A DNA stretch of 60,000 bases from Lama glama (GCA_028534125.1 CM052816.1:73844001-73904000), one strand, 5' to 3'. Shown: positions 1 to 14,290, counted from the first letter of the stretch. Numbers and translations: made by a program. Notes: generated by a model not told the origin, from the sequence alone.

Positions 1-60
1 GATCGTATCTTGTGGTAGACAGCTCTCTCAAGATCACAGATCAAAATCTTCACCTTTAGT

Positions 61-270
61 ATGAAAACTTTATTCCTTTTGCCTTTTCACTACTTGCTTT
101 TTCTCTCTGTCGATGCATGTGAAGACAATGCGCCTTTACACTGGCAACTGTTGCTGAATCTACTGCTAAGGATAAGGCTGCACAGCAAAAAGTCCCTAGA
201 TTTTCTTGCTAAGGTGGGTTTAGATAATAGAATTAGTTTAGATTATTTATTGGCTAAACAAACAAAATAA
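61..270 (+). pseudogene. Internally deleted ERV1-class env remnant (signal-peptide-like N-terminus plus TM heptad/immunosuppressive domain)
   Basis: The ORF ends in KSLDFLAKVGLDNRISLDYLLAKQ, resembling the gammaretroviral ISD (L.NR.ALD.LLA). An adjacent frame reads LATVAESTAKDKAAQQK, like the preceding TM heptad. The N-terminus MKTLFLLPFHYLLFLSVDA is hydrophobic. Confidence 0.75.
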
Positions 271-537
271 ATTCTAAGCCTGTAAATGCCTCAAGGTTAT
301 GAAATTAAAATGCTAAGGACAAACAATCACAAACAACCAACTAGACTTAAAGCTTTAATAATCAATAATTGCCTTACTTCGCTTCTACTTTTTCTCTGTA
401 AAATCTCTCCAAGCTCCTGTTGATGGAATGCTTCCAACCTGGTTTGGTGCTGCCCAATTTAAATCAACTTTTGCTCAGATAAACTCTGAACTTTTTTTTA
501 AAGTTATGAGTCATGGATTTACCTTTATTTTAGTAAT
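270..537 (+). mobile_element. Partial ERV1-class 3' LTR following the env remnant
   Basis: LTR-like R/U5 segment (tttgctcagataaactctgaactttt) immediately downstream of the env fragment; family not resolved. Confidence 0.55.
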
Positions 538-544
538 TCTTTGA

Positions 545-620
545 TAAATGTCTCTCTCCTTGACAAGATTATAAATTCCACAAGAGCAAGAACAGATCCA
601 TTTTTGTTCTCCATTATTGC
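545..620 (+). mobile_element. L2 3' end fragment
   Basis: tctagcacat...cagtaaatatctgttaaataaatga resembles the typical L2 terminus. Confidence 0.6.
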
Positions 621-629
621 ATCTCTAGC

Positions 630-1860
630 ATCTAGCACATTTAAAATAGACATTCAGTAAATATCTGTTAAATAAATGAGCAATTCTCAAATCCAATGAC
701 CTTTGCAATCGTTGCCTGAAGATTCTGACCATGTTGACTCTCTCCATCTTATAATTCTTTTTAATATTGGATCCAATAACATTCTCCTAATTTTTCTCTA
801 ATTTTTTCTACTGCTTTTTGTTGGTCCTTAAATTTATTCCTCCTCTTTAAACTACCCATCATTGATGTTCCCCAAATACAATCCTGGCTTCTTTTCTCTT
901 TCTACTTTATTTACTCTCCCTGGATAATTTCATATACAACTAAGACTTCTCCTCCTATTAATTCCATTGGCTTTTTTTCTAATTTAACTTCCATTGGCTT
1001 TTAAATCTACCAGTCAAGACCTTTTGCTTAAGATCTTGATGCATATTTCCAATTATCTACTGAGCTTTTCCACAATCATCTACCTCATACACAACATGTT
1101 CAGAACTGAACCCATCATCTTGCTACCAAACTTGTTTTCATGTATACCTGTGTTAATGAATACCAGTTGCCTAAGCCAGAAATTCTGAAATACTCAACCA
1201 CTACCTAGCTAGCCCTCAACCCCATTTCCTGGAATTAGTCCCATCCTTCCCATTCCTCCTGGAGCTACCTCACTAATTTGGTTTAGCCTACTTAATGGCC
1301 TCCAACTTAAATCCCTGAAGCTGGTTTTTCCATTTATCAGTGTATTTCTTATTCAAATGGTCCTCAAATTGTAGTCCCCAGTCTGATGACAGTCTCTAAA
1401 TTGTTTGTTTCGTGACACAAAAAGATAAGGAGCTTGTATCAGAAGATCACTAAGAAAACTACTTAGTTCAGCTGACTTTTTTTTTTTCCGTAGTCATTCT
1501 TGCTCAATAAAGGAAGCAAAGCATTGCTCTGAATGCTGGAGCAAGCTCCTCTCTTTAGGCACTTGTAACGAACAGTTCATAGGCCAGCTGCTTTGAGCGT
1601 TTGCTGAGGCCACACTATCCCTAAAAGAATCTCACATTCTAATTTGATCATGCACCACCAGACCAAAGTATATGGTTCTCAACCCTCCATGGAGCTTGCC
1701 CTGCCCCTCTTCCCCTAGGCTGAATCAGGAGAGCCCTATGCACTATGTGCTTACAATAAGAGCACCCAACATAATACTTTATAAATTTTATTCTCCTATT
1801 TCCTGCCATGTTCTATAAATTTTAGTTGAATAAATGACTAAATGAATGGATGAATAATTT
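630..1860 (+). mobile_element. Degenerate L2 (ORF2 3' part to tail), probably interrupted near 1358-1620
   Basis: Pyrimidine-rich L2-like motifs (caacatgttcagaactgaacccatcatctt) and a tail gttgaataaatgactaaatgaatggatgaat. Confidence 0.6.
1358..1612. mobile_element. Possible hAT-Charlie non-autonomous element
   Basis: Ends resemble MER5-type TIRs (atggtcctcaaattgtagtcc ... gctttgagcgtttgctg); weak match. Confidence 0.35.
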
Positions 1861-4800
1861 ATACAGGAAAATCTTACAGAACCAGATATGGTATAATTCT
1901 AGCCTGCAGGCTTTTAATTAAGTTAAAATATGCTAAGTATGTACATATTTTAAAACAAATAGTTTATTAGTTTATTTCAAGATGATTTTAGTCACATGAC
2001 ACACCATATACCTGATACAGAAAATTTTTCCATTAGTTTATACAGAAATTCTGACCTACTACAAATATTTTTGGCAGCAATTTCCCTAGACAACTTGCTG
2101 TCCAAATCAAACTTGGCACCCAAGATCCACTTCTACATCTACTTGGCCCAAAGATAACCGCATATGTCACTTGAAATCTAGTTTTTCAAGAAATTATCAT
2201 GTTTTAAAAATTGTATGAGCATCCACTTTAGTCCCATGATAGGTAAATATGTGTAATTATGTGTGTGCTATATTCTTGGAGGAACAAGAAATGTGATTTA
2301 TGTAAAACAAACACACCAAACCCACCCCCACCCCTCCGCAAAAAAAGAGAAAAAGAAATACATCTAATCATTCTGTACATGGAGTGATGTGAATATTTCC
2401 AAAGCAATAGGCTGGCAATGTACTTCCCTGTCCTGTTTACAGTTTCAGCTGCTGATGAAGCTTGCCACCATCTTCAGTTCAATTATTTATACCTATGACT
2501 TGCAGTTATCTTTGATGCATAGATAATACATTAAAAAGAAACAATATTTGTTCTATCTTCTCCCCCATTCTTCTTCTTTCTATCCTATATGAGAACTAAG
2601 AAGTGGCAATTCAGCTTTGCCTGTTCAACAATGTTTTGGCCCGTTCAGTAGGAAATGTGTATCTGGGATAAACCCTACAGGTAGACGTGGGGAAGCTAGC
2701 TCCTCACGAATGAGATCTTTGCAAATGGTTTTGTGATTTGTTTGGGGAGCTGCATATGTCCTAATTGTCAAATACCTTTCTATACTACTATAAGTGGAGG
2801 AATGCATTATTTAATATTTCTGGTTTAGGATAATTTGCTATTTTTTCATTATCTGGGGCCCTAATCATCTCCAACATCAAGTAAACAACAGTTAACATTT
2901 TATTACTTTTTGGCCCATTCTACTTCTTGAATTATAAGTCACATTTATTTCATATTTTAAGAGTTTATAAACTGAGATATGTCTGAAGAGCAATGTGTAC
3001 ACAAATGTGGCAGTTTTTATACTGGTGATGTCTAATAAGTAATGATATCTTAAACTTAATGAAAAGCCATATTAAATTCATAAAGAAGCAGCAAATAGTG
3101 GTTACTGACAAACAAGTACACTGATGTCAAGTAACTAATTTTTTAATGTCCTTTATAAAAGCATCCAATTTGCTGCTCATCAATATCATATTCATTTCCA
3201 CTAATGCAATACGTGATATTCAGTTTGTTATAGTGAGTTCTTCAGGAGTAAGAGTGATGCTTTATCGCTTAGTATCCATATACCCTAGTGAACACCTTGC
3301 ATACGTTAAGCTCTAAAAAAACTCTGCTGAATGAATATAATTATCATGCACTAGTAAATTACAGTAGTACCTAAGCTTCACAGCCCTCTAAGCAAGGAAT
3401 CTCTAAGCAAGGATTCAACTGAATTACAAGACTTTCAGAATCTCACAAAATATTCCTCCAAATTGTTAAGAAATTCCCCACCTAGCGTTTAGCCTTATAG
3501 TCAATATTAGAAGCATACGTCAGGGAGGAAAAAAAGAGAAATTAGGAGACGTCTCTTTTCTAAACCCCAGATTTCTGTTGCACAGATCCAGGAATAGAAG
3601 AAAGGGCAGATTTGGTTTTATTTTTATATGTTCTTTTTCCATAAACTTCCGTTTAAAAGGAACTGAGAAATGATAATATCTAACCAATAACTTTGAAGAA
3701 ACTATGCCTCATAATTAACATGATTTGTCTAAATTCATACCATTTCTTAAGTGGCAGGCCTGGACTAGACCTCTGCCTACTGACTCCAAGGCTAACACTT
3801 CATCCACAACAGTTCTCCCAAAGGAAAGCACCACTTCCTTGTGCCAAAGGTTACACAGTCCTTCCGCTCAATAACAAGTCAATCTTAATGTGATGCCACA
3901 CACAGAATATCCCTAAAGCTCCGTATCATCAAAGGGCAGGTTAAGCTGTATTTGCTGTCAACTCAACTTAACAATTATTTTCCTATTTTAACAATGTACC
4001 CACCTCTTCTACCCAGGGCTTCTCCTTGCAACTTTTCTAGGTCTAGTTGAAATCATCTCTGAAATTTTGGATGTTAGACTCTTGAGAAAACTTTTACTTT
4101 ATTTATGTTAGCTTCTTGTGCAATGCTATTTACTTTTTGCCAGTGTAGTTTTATTATCATTTTATACTGTTTTAGCTTCAATCTGTAATCTTTCCCGTCC
4201 CTCATCTGCATTTTATATTTCATTCCTCACATGTTTTATTTTTCTTTCCCTGTATTATTATATGTGATTTAGTCACTTTAAAACTTGAAAAACAAAATTA
4301 ATGAATATTTCTGATGGGCATGTCTTTTTGTACTTTCAATTTTGACCTCCTGAGACTTCTCCCTTGACTTTATATCTAAGTATCGCCTTTCTTTTTACTG
4401 TTTTCTCCACTTTAATTTGGTAATCATCATCTGAAGTTTTACTTTTCTGGGTCTCACTTGATTCCCAATTACTATCTAACTGAATTATGATGCCTGTCAC
4501 TCTGTTAAGCAGTCCCTTATGTTTACATCACCGATCATTTCCTCTGTATTACTCAAAAGACAGACATAACTCGCTTTCTTTCTTGTTTGTTCCTTTAAAG
4601 TTCATATTGGATAACAAACCAGTTCCCTATCATGTACACAAACATGGAATTAAACTGATTTCTTTTAATGTCCTGTGGGCCAGTTTATGTCCAAAAAGGT
4701 GAACACTTCCATAGCCCCTTATTTATCCTTTTCGTAAACTATTTTCTTGTTTTTCAGTTTCCTCAGACAGCATTAGCCACATTCCTCATATCAGTTTACT

Positions 4801-5944
4801 CTATAACTAAATTTAATTTTGAGTTGCTTAACAATGATACTACAGTTCTTTAAAGGTCTTCTCACTCTCTCAATTACCCCCAAACTTCATTTGGTTAGAA
4901 ATTTGTATCTCCAAATTGGGTGAAATAGTCAGATCTTGTTATAGAGGAGTGGGGCTTGTGGGGGAAGGGGAGGAATGCACACACAATAAAGTGTAGATGA
5001 ATCTGAAAAACTAAGCTTTCATCAAGTTTTATATACAAGTGGAATTTCTAAATTGCCTGAAAGTTGTTTCTTCTCATAAGCTGCTTCTGGATGGGAATTA
5101 GGAGTCCTGGGCAGTAGTTCTGTCTCCACCATTAATTACTGCATGACTTTGAAACAATTTCTTAACATCTATGTTCTATTCTGTAAATATGACTTTCCTT
5201 GTGATGTCATTAAGGCTAATAATTTACTCAGCAACGATTTTCTCAGGGACTGTGCAAAGTAAACCCAAGTCTGTCTTAAACCACATCATCACAAATTCTG
5301 AATAAATCAGATCTGAATTAATGAATTTGAACTCTATTTCTAAATTTTGAGACCTAGTGATACAGGACTCACTTATTTAAACCAATTAAGAAGAAAAAGG
5401 AAGTGGAAAAGGAGATCATGCACGTCTCTCATAGCCAAATGAATAGGAAAGAGCAGGGCCATGGATGATCCCAAACAGTAGACAATCCAAAAACTTACTT
5501 TTGAAGTTTTCTTTTTTAATTTGAATAGACACAACTGTAGTATTTTAAACAAGCTTAAATGAAATCATGCTGTAAAGATGTTAATTAGTGTTTTCTTCCT
5601 CTAACCCTCACTTTATATTCAAAACAGGCTTAATCATTCTTCAAATTAATACAAAGAATTCAGCAGTATTCTTGGCACTCTGCAACTTTGTTAACACACA
5701 TCTTTCCTAAGGTAGGGAAATAATTGTTTTTATTTTAATGCTATTAGTAAGATTTAATAAACATGTTGTATCAACTCAATACTTAAATGTAGAAGGTGAC
5801 AGTACTTGAAAAAGTTCAAAGTATTTGAGCATTACATACTAATAGATAAGGAAGTGTTGAATATGTTTGTTTTTTTCTATAGATGGAAGTACAAGACACT
5901 AAAACAGAAAAATTAGTAGAGAAATAAAGATAACAGAGGATATC

Positions 5945-6345
5945 TTTTTTCCAACTTTGTTGAGGCATAACTGACGAATAAAATTGTATGTATTTAAGGT
6001 GTACAATGTGCTGATCTGACATGCATACATGTGAAGTGATTCCCACAATCAAGCTAATTAACACATCCATCACCTCACATAGTTGTGTGTGTGTGAACAC
6101 TTGAGATCCATTCTTTTAGCAAATTTCAAGTATACAGAACAGTGTTATTAGCTACAGTCACCATGCTACATATAGATCCCCAGAAGTTACTAATCTTATA
6201 AGCTGAAAATTTGTACTCATTCACCAAAATCTCCCCATTTCCTCCATACTCCAGCTCCTGGTAATTAGCATTCTACTGTCTGTTTTTATGAGTTCAACTC
6301 TTTTGAAGTTCATACAAAAGTGAGATCATACAGTATTAGTCATTC
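5945..6345 (-). mobile_element. L1MA-type 3' UTR fragment
   Basis: ttgttgaggcataactgac...aaattgtatgtatttaaggtgtacaatgtg...tacagtcaccatgctaca...gtgagatcatacagtatt, the reverse of an L1MA 3' end. Confidence 0.85.
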
Positions 6346-7560
6346 TACAATCACCACATCTCTACACTCAAACGTAATTACATCACAAAAATTCTCTTAT
6401 GTTGTTCTGAAATAGAATGAATTCTGATAATGAAATCATACAATTGAAATGGAATGGACGTTAGGTTAATTTTATGATTCACATTTTGTTATACCTCCAG
6501 GAGATCTAGACATTCTCAGTATACAAAGGATAGGATCTCACCAAACAGGATTTTCATTGCGTCAACTATTAGAATCTCACCAATATCAGACCTTGGAATT
6601 AGCACATCACCACAAACATGAGATGAAGCCATGAGAAAAGCTTAGAACTATCATTGGATCTTGGTCACAAGGATGCAAGATGTCAAACAGATTATTCTTA
6701 TGTGACAATACATTTTAGGGAGCTTAAAGGTTGTTACTTTGAGAACTAAGTTAGGAATGAAATAGGACCTATGAACCTTGCAGAAAGCTGAATTGAATAA
6801 GTTTCACTATTTTAAGTTTTCTCTATTCTTTTTTTTTTCCTAAAATTTTATAAAAATTCTAGTCCACCTAATCCTGGGCTACTGGGGAAGCGAGGAGAAG
6901 GATTTTAGTCTAGGCTTGAATCAGAGATTTAAGGGGGAAGTAATAAACAAAAGGTATTAAAAGAGGATTGATACCAGGACCCAGAGTAAGAGAACCATGA
7001 GGAGACAGTGAACCTGGGCTGGGAGGCAAGGAAAGAGTGAGGTCACCTGTTTTCATAAAGTTTAGAGAACAAGATAACCCTTCTAGTCTCCTGCGAAATT
7101 CATCTTTAATTTTAGATAAATACCATGAAAAAATCACGATTAGGAGAAAATAATTTTAATTCAAAAATCATGGGCTTTCAAATAATTTAAGCAAAATTTT
7201 TTTTAATATCTGATTTTAAAGAAGGATATAAAGCTCAAAATTCCAATTTATCACCAATAGTTTAAATTACATACATGAACTGTCATAAATACTCAACTAG
7301 TGATTATGCAGAAGGCTCGTTGATATAGTGATCAAAACCACCTATAGAACAGATATTGAGTGTCCTGAGAAAAATATTTGGACATAGTCATAAAAACAAT
7401 AAAGCAAAGTCTTTCGACATGGGACTTCTTTTATTGCAATCTCCTACATGTCAATGAACTGCTAATTTAATACTTAGAAATAGGTAAAAGATAGATGAAG
7501 ATTAGATGGACAGATAAATAGACAGATATAAAGAGAAATAACCTCTCAAAGAGAATATCT

Positions 7561-7655
7561 TTTTTTATTGTGGTTTAAAAAAAAAAACCTAACATGAGGT
7601 CTACCTTCTTAACAAATGTTTAAGTGTTCATTACAGTCTTGTGCACAGCAGATCT
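7561..7655 (-). mobile_element. Very short L1MA 3' end
   Basis: ttttttattgtgg...aacatgaggtctaccttcttaacaaatgtttaagtg...cacagcagatct. Confidence 0.6.
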
Positions 7656-7815
7656 TCAAAAGGAATACTTTAACATAGATTGAACTCTTGTAGGACAAAG
7701 TATATGTATTTAATATACATTTCATATTTCTTAACTCTAGAAGTTAAGAAATTCAATTCTAATGCAGAACAGCTTTTTCTCTAACCTGAACCATAGTTGA
7801 AAACTCAAAACAAAA

Positions 7816-7850
7816 TCTCTCTCTCTCTTTACATATATATATATATATAT
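7816..7850. repeat. (CT)n/(TA)n compound microsatellite
   Basis: tctctctctctctttacatatatatatatatatat. Confidence 0.9.
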
Positions 7851-9207
7851 TTCCTTCCTTATAGAAAAATAAAATACATTATTAAAGACTCATCTAATAC
7901 AGTTTAAAGATTACATTACACTTACATAAGACTTATTTGGATTTCCAAATCAGTACATGTGAGTTGAGAACATTCTGAAGAGTTTTACTTTTCAATGGAG
8001 TACTAACACATGACTAAAAATTCAGAGTTCATTGATTCCAAAAAGATTCATCTCTTAATATACTTGTTAGAAATACCTTTTTTTCCGTCTCTGAGTTAAT
8101 CTTTTGCTCTGATAATGAACACATTTCTTAGAAAATGAATGGTAAATGATATATTTCACAAACTTAATATCAGTATTTCTTCCAATTTCAGATTTTTTTT
8201 CACTTTTAAAAAGTGTGCTATTTTGAAACATATGTTTTCACTGATCTAAATTCACTTTTTTAGCTACATTTAGTAGCACTGTTGGCATAAAAGTTGGTTT
8301 TAACTCTCATTAGTCTTTAAGGCATCAGGTAACTCCATCTTCTATGTTCCCTCTTAAGACATCTTAAGATAAGAAGATTCAAAGCTAATTTTTACCATCA
8401 CCATAACTCCAAATGTTAGAGATTTGTGTTTTCATTTAACTTCACATAACACAAACTCTTCTGGGAGTTAGTTTCAATGTCAGAGAGAATTTATAATATT
8501 GATAAACTGCTTTACCCGTTCAGTCCCTAGTGACCATTTAGTGTACTCAAGAATCACATATTAAGAGAATGCTCATCAAATAATACTGTCCCAAAGTCCC
8601 TAAATGAATTTCAGACCTTGACCATTTCAGACTAATTAAATGGAAAGAAGGAAGCTAGCAATCTGGGAAACTGAGCTTGCTAGACAGTCTTAGATATAAA
8701 ATGGTACAATTATAAAATTTCAACAATCAGCCTCTAGACTCTAGAGATTTCAAAACAATTTGAAGCATCCTATTCTAAATCTGCTTTTGTAATAAGAAAA
8801 TTGTATTTCTGGTTCTCTGTTCACCTTACCCTATAAATCATTCATATTTTGTTTTTTAGGGAATTCTACCCACCTAGTTGATTACCAAAACAGCATTCAA
8901 TTTGCAACAGAACTTTGCCTTTCTGCACATACTCCTTTTGAAGAAACAATTACACATTTGGGAATAAGAAATTGGTCCTTTATACCCATTTGACCTTCTC
9001 TAAGAGTTTCTGGCAGATAGCCAGTAAGAATTAAATGGCTAACCCATAATTTCTATTGCAGATTTCTCAGTTCATTTAGCTTATTCTTATCTTCTCCCTT
9101 GAATAAAATTGTTAAAAGGCATAAAATGCTAAAGGAAAGGAAAATTAAAGCCAAGTCTCTAAAGGCCAAATAGAGTACAGGAATCATGTTTTAATATATT
9201 AAGATAT

Positions 9208-9400
9208 ATTTATTCATTCATTCATTCATTCATTCATCTAATGTCTACTGAACACCTATTATTCCCAAGGTACTATTCCAGGTACTGACAATAAAAGGTA
9301 AACAAGGCAATAATGTAATCTCTACTAATGGAGTTTATATTCTAGTAGAGGAGATAAACAACAAAAAGTAAGCAAATAAATAAACAAGATAACTCCAGAT
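9208..9400 (-). mobile_element. L2 3' end with (TTCA)n tail
   Basis: (ttca)n followed by tactgaacacctatt...aggtactattccaggtact...atggagtttatattctagt. Confidence 0.8.
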
Positions 9401-10075
9401 AAAATAGCTCCAACTGTTTAACATATCACTGCAAATAAACATATATACATAAATATAAAAACACATATCAAGATAAACATGTACAAAAGATTGATATCTG
9501 TCATTTTGAATGACTAGGACAGCATTTCCATCAAGTATTTGTAACCAAGGAAATGGCACTGGTTCTCAGAACAAAAATGTTTAAGGGAAATAATTCAGCA
9601 AAACATTTCTAAAATGAAAAAGAAGTAAAATTGAGAATTTTTCTCCTGATCCATTCAGTTCTTTAGATGATGCTTTAAATATACATGCCCATTTATAAGA
9701 CTAGTCAGTGAGGCAATAGCATAGCTAATGACAGGATTATCACATCTACTCAAAATCCAACTAAACTTAGATTCATTTTACTTTACTCATTCAAAAGCCA
9801 GATAGTGACTGTTCAAGGTTCAACCCTTCACCTTCTCTGTCAAGTCATCATTGGCAAAGCACTAGTGCAACTGTCATGTTCCATGAAATGAAAGAGTGGA
9901 CCTGAGCCAAATTCACCTCTCCTAGTTATTTCTATGGTTAGCAAGATAAGAAACAAAATGCAAAGAGAAGGTGAGAATGAATAGACTCATTATTAACCTT
10001 CTCTTCACTTGCTAACAATTAGTGGAAAACCTTAATGCAACATAAACTTTTGAGTATGTAATAACAGTCTTCTAT

Positions 10076-10283
10076 TAGGTGATACACTGGAGGTGGCTCA
10101 TATCAACTTACAAAATCCAATAGTTAAATTTTCAGGAATTTGGTCATCTGCTGACATCATGTTGGTAGCTTGAATCAGCCACAGTGGGAGTGTTTACACC
10201 ATAGAAATTGATAAACACAAAAATTAGGACTCTTTTTTTCACTTTTAAGATTTAGTTGTGAAATATTTACCATTGCCTCCATT
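10076..10283. mobile_element. MER63A-like hAT-Blackjack MITE
   Basis: gttaaattttcaggaattt...gacatcatgttggtagcttgaatcagccacagtgggagtgtttacaccatagaaat matches the recalled MER63A consensus after CpG decay. Confidence 0.75.
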
Positions 10284-10329
10284 TATCAATAATAATCAGC
10301 AATAATCATATTAAAAGCTATCATTTTTC

Positions 10330-10562
10330 AAGCCTAACTTAAAAATTCAGCATGCTGAGGATATGTTAAGTAACATGCTAAATCCACATCTTAATTTAAT
10401 CCTCACAATAACCATTTGTGATGAGATTATCATTAACTTAATTTTACAAATGAGAACATTGAGACATAGGAAGATTAAATAAAATCCCCCAGTGTCACAT
10501 AGCTAGATAATTGTAAAGCCAAGACTCAGTTCTTTAGGTTCTAGAACTCTTACTCTTAACCT
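10330..10562 (-). mobile_element. MIR SINE
   Basis: Core tttaatcctcacaataacc...attttacaaatgagaacattgagacatagg. Confidence 0.8.
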
Positions 10563-13500
10563 AAACAAATAAACTGAGCTCTAAAGAGAAATAAGCCCTG
10601 AGTTCCTTTTCTTTACTTTACTCCAGGGGTGGATACTGGACCTCCGAACACATCATTGACACTGTTGATTATTCATCAAAAGCCACCACCCACCAACGTA
10701 CATTTCTTCATTAGCTGATAGAACCCTATCTGGTTGATAGCAATATTCTTGGGGAAGATGTTTAGAAGATTTTTAAGTAATTTTACTCTACAATGCAGCT
10801 TATTCCTCATCTTCCCATAAACCTTCAGTAAAGACCTATTAACCTTCAGTACTTCTGGAGTCATATTTGATTATGTGTGGTTTTTTTTTTTCAATATGGC
10901 AACATACAATGTTGGCCAAACAATTGATGTAGGGAAAGATCAGAAAATGTTTAGGGAAAAAAAGTCTCTAATGTACAAGATTTACATAATTAAAAATAAC
11001 AATCCTGTTGTGTAAGAGACCAGTGTTGGGGATTGTTAATGTTGCTGTCAGTAAATCCATTAAAAGAAAAATAAACCTAAAAGTTCTGGAGAAGAGAGAT
11101 TAAGTCAAGAAACAGGAATAGACCATGAAAATCTGGTCCTAATACCTTAGAACCCAAACCAATAAAGAGATCTCCTACCTAGAAAAAATCTTTATTTATA
11201 ATATTAAAATATATCACATATCTCCCTGACCCATTCCTACCTTAGCTTCATTCTCATCCTATCCTCTCTATATGCTTGTTTTCCTCACGTGTTATTATTA
11301 TTATTATTAATCATCTGTATATCATTGTAGCAACATTTAACTATGTTTGAAGTATACAGTTTAACCTTAAAATCCTTGAACGTCTTGAAGACAATATTAC
11401 CAATTATCTCATCTTGATGCTTCTATTTGAAAATATTGGAAATGTTGACCAAAAGAAGCTTGCAATTCAATCTCAAAAAATACTTATTATCAAGTTTTTT
11501 GATATATGAGCCTATTTATAAGTTTGCTTTTAAAAGTATGAATATTTTATTGATGCTATATTATTGATGCAGTTCTGACCTCCTAATATAATAGTATTCT
11601 TAAAAACAACAAAATATCATACATAGCATAAAAATCACGTGACAGTGACTTAAATGACGAATCCAACTTCCCTCATACAACTTTCAAATGAAAAAAATTT
11701 TGTTCACAGGCACAAAGCTGTATTCAGTATATCCTAATAAGAAGCAAAATGGAGAGAGTTATATCAAGCCATTAAAGGTTATTAAACAATTTATTTGAAA
11801 TTAGCTTATCAGATTAAATAACCAACACTAACAGAACCTCAGCAATCAGAGAACAAGGCAAGTATATTTTTATGGAATAAGAAAATTTTAGCTACCTAGT
11901 ACCAACCTTACAGCTTGGCCAAGGGATACCCTAGAAACATCATAACCAGCACAACATAAACTTTGGAAAAATGTAAATGCCAAATCAATATTTTGATTAC
12001 CTATTTTTTTACATCAAGCTAAATTTTCATAGTTCCTTCCTGCCATAAAAACATTTCCTCTGAGTAATAACATGTTTCCTTATGATTCATAATTATTTCT
12101 AACATTTTACATTAATTATCTGCTATAGTAAAGAAACCCTTCAAAGGGAGATACCTAAAATGCCTCCTCAAGAACATTATTTTAAACTATTAACACCTGT
12201 TGTCTCTGGCTGATTTTTTTTTTCTTCCCTTCACCTACTATTCTATATTTTTTCAAACTTTCTATAACTTCCAAATAAAATTTTTAAATAGCCTTAAAGT
12301 AACTTATGGGGGAAATAATGTTGTATTTACATTTATTCCTATGCTCATTTGTGTGGATACAGAAAAGTGCTCAAGGATTTGAAAACCATAGATTCACTAG
12401 TATAATCAAATTTGCAAAGCACTCCATGAGTCAAAGGAACACTTATTTTTTTCAAGCAGCAAACCTAATTCAGTGTTTTTAGGTAGTAAATTAAATGTGC
12501 CTTAGCTGACCCTTAGAATATATTTATTTTCCATCTTCAATACTAGAATGTGGTTTTGAACAATATTTTATTAATTTCTTTCCAAAACTTCTTTTATCTT
12601 TAATCATGTGGAGTTTAAATTCAAAAGGAAATTTAAAAGCATTTTTCAGATGCTTTGATAGGTTATATCTGTCCCCTTTATAGCTTTTGACTGACTGCAC
12701 ATACCCCAACACACGTAAGTGGTACACATTTTATTTAAATTTTTACTCTATTAATAAAGCTTGAGGAAGTTTAATTACCCTTTTAAACTGGTGACACTGG
12801 GAGTTTTCTGCCTAGAAATAAGAATAAGCCATATCCTCTATTTTCACAGGAAGAGAATTTTTAGCTTGACTCTTTAATTTGTCATCAGTTCAAATCCTGA
12901 TTTTTCTTCTTTCACAAAGAAAAATGTAGTAGCAGCCATTGGGAAGTAAAATAGCATATCAATTCAAAACACTCTCATTCTTTTCATTCTTAGATTTATT
13001 ACTTTTTCTTCCCAGAGGTCTTGTAACTAATAGAAAAATTTAACTTTTGGCTATAAAGTACCAATTTTCATTCAAAGCTCAAAGAAAATGTGCAACACCT
13101 TGTTCACCGGATATTAATAGCTAGTTGAAAATGAACTTTTGCAATGAGTCTACTTTCCATATTCAGCTCCCACCAAAACTGTACACTGATAGCTAGACTC
13201 ATTGCTGGGCACATGGAAAGACTTATTTGACAGTCATCTTTTATTAAGAACTGTTTTCACTGCTCAGATATTTATATGAATATCTTCTGTATATTGCCAA
13301 TATACAACCACTAAGTGACACTGTCCATAATAAAAGATACTGATAAACAGAGATAGAGATACAAATTTTTCTTTGTCTTGGGCTTAAATCTCTAGGTAAC
13401 TCTTCAAATAAAAACATGTTTTAAGTTTTTTTCTGCCTGTGAAGACTGAACAAGTCCAAATTTCCACTTTTGTATCCCCTAGTGTCTACGCACCAAATTT

Positions 13501-13567
13501 CAAATTATTTTATTTAAAAATATATATGAAGGAGTACCACTAGCAAGTAATCAAGAGCTTTTAGTTG

Positions 13568-14290
13568 TGCAGTTTGGTGCAGCCATTATGGAAAACAGTA
13601 TGGAGATTTCCCAAAAAACTAAAAATAGACACACCATATGATCCAGCAATCCCATTTCTGGACATATACCCAGAGGGAACTTTAATTTGAAAAGATACAT
13701 GCATCCCAATGTTCATAGCAGCACTATATACAACAGCCAAGACATGGAAACAACCTACATGGCCATCAACAGATGACTGGATAAAAAGTTGTGGTATATT
13801 TATACAATGGGATACTACTCAGCCATAAAAAAGAATAAAATAATGCCATTTGCAGCAACACGGATGAACCTGGAGATTGTCATTTTAAGTGAAGTAAGCC
13901 AGAAAGAGAAAGAAAATACAATATGATATCACTTATATGTGGAATCTAAAAAAAAAAAAGACAAATGAACTTTTTTACAAAACAGAAACTGACTCACAGA
14001 CATAGAAAGCAAACTTATGGTTACCAGAGGGGCTGGGGGTGGGAAGGGATAAATTGGGAGTTTGAGATTTGCAGATACTAACTACTATATATAAAAATAG
14101 ATAAACAACAAGTTTATACTGTATAGCACCGGGAACTATATTCAATTATCTTGCAGTAAAGTATAATGAAAAAGAATATGAAAACAAATATATGTATGCG
14201 TATGTATGACTATTACACTGTTCACCAGAAATTGACACAACATTGTAAACTGATTATACTTCAATTTTAAAAAATTAAGAAAAAAAATCT
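13568..14290 (+). mobile_element. 5'-truncated young L1 (ORF2 C-terminus, 3' UTR and A-tail), cetartiodactyl/camelid type
   Basis: Translates to [49 protein letters not shown]. The 3' UTR ends gacacaacattgtaaactgattatacttcaat plus an A-rich tail. Confidence 0.95.

Noticed and set aside
6498..6640. Plus-strand exon after ttttgttatacctccag
   Set aside because: Frames close within about 45 codons, with no convincing donor and no recognisable protein.
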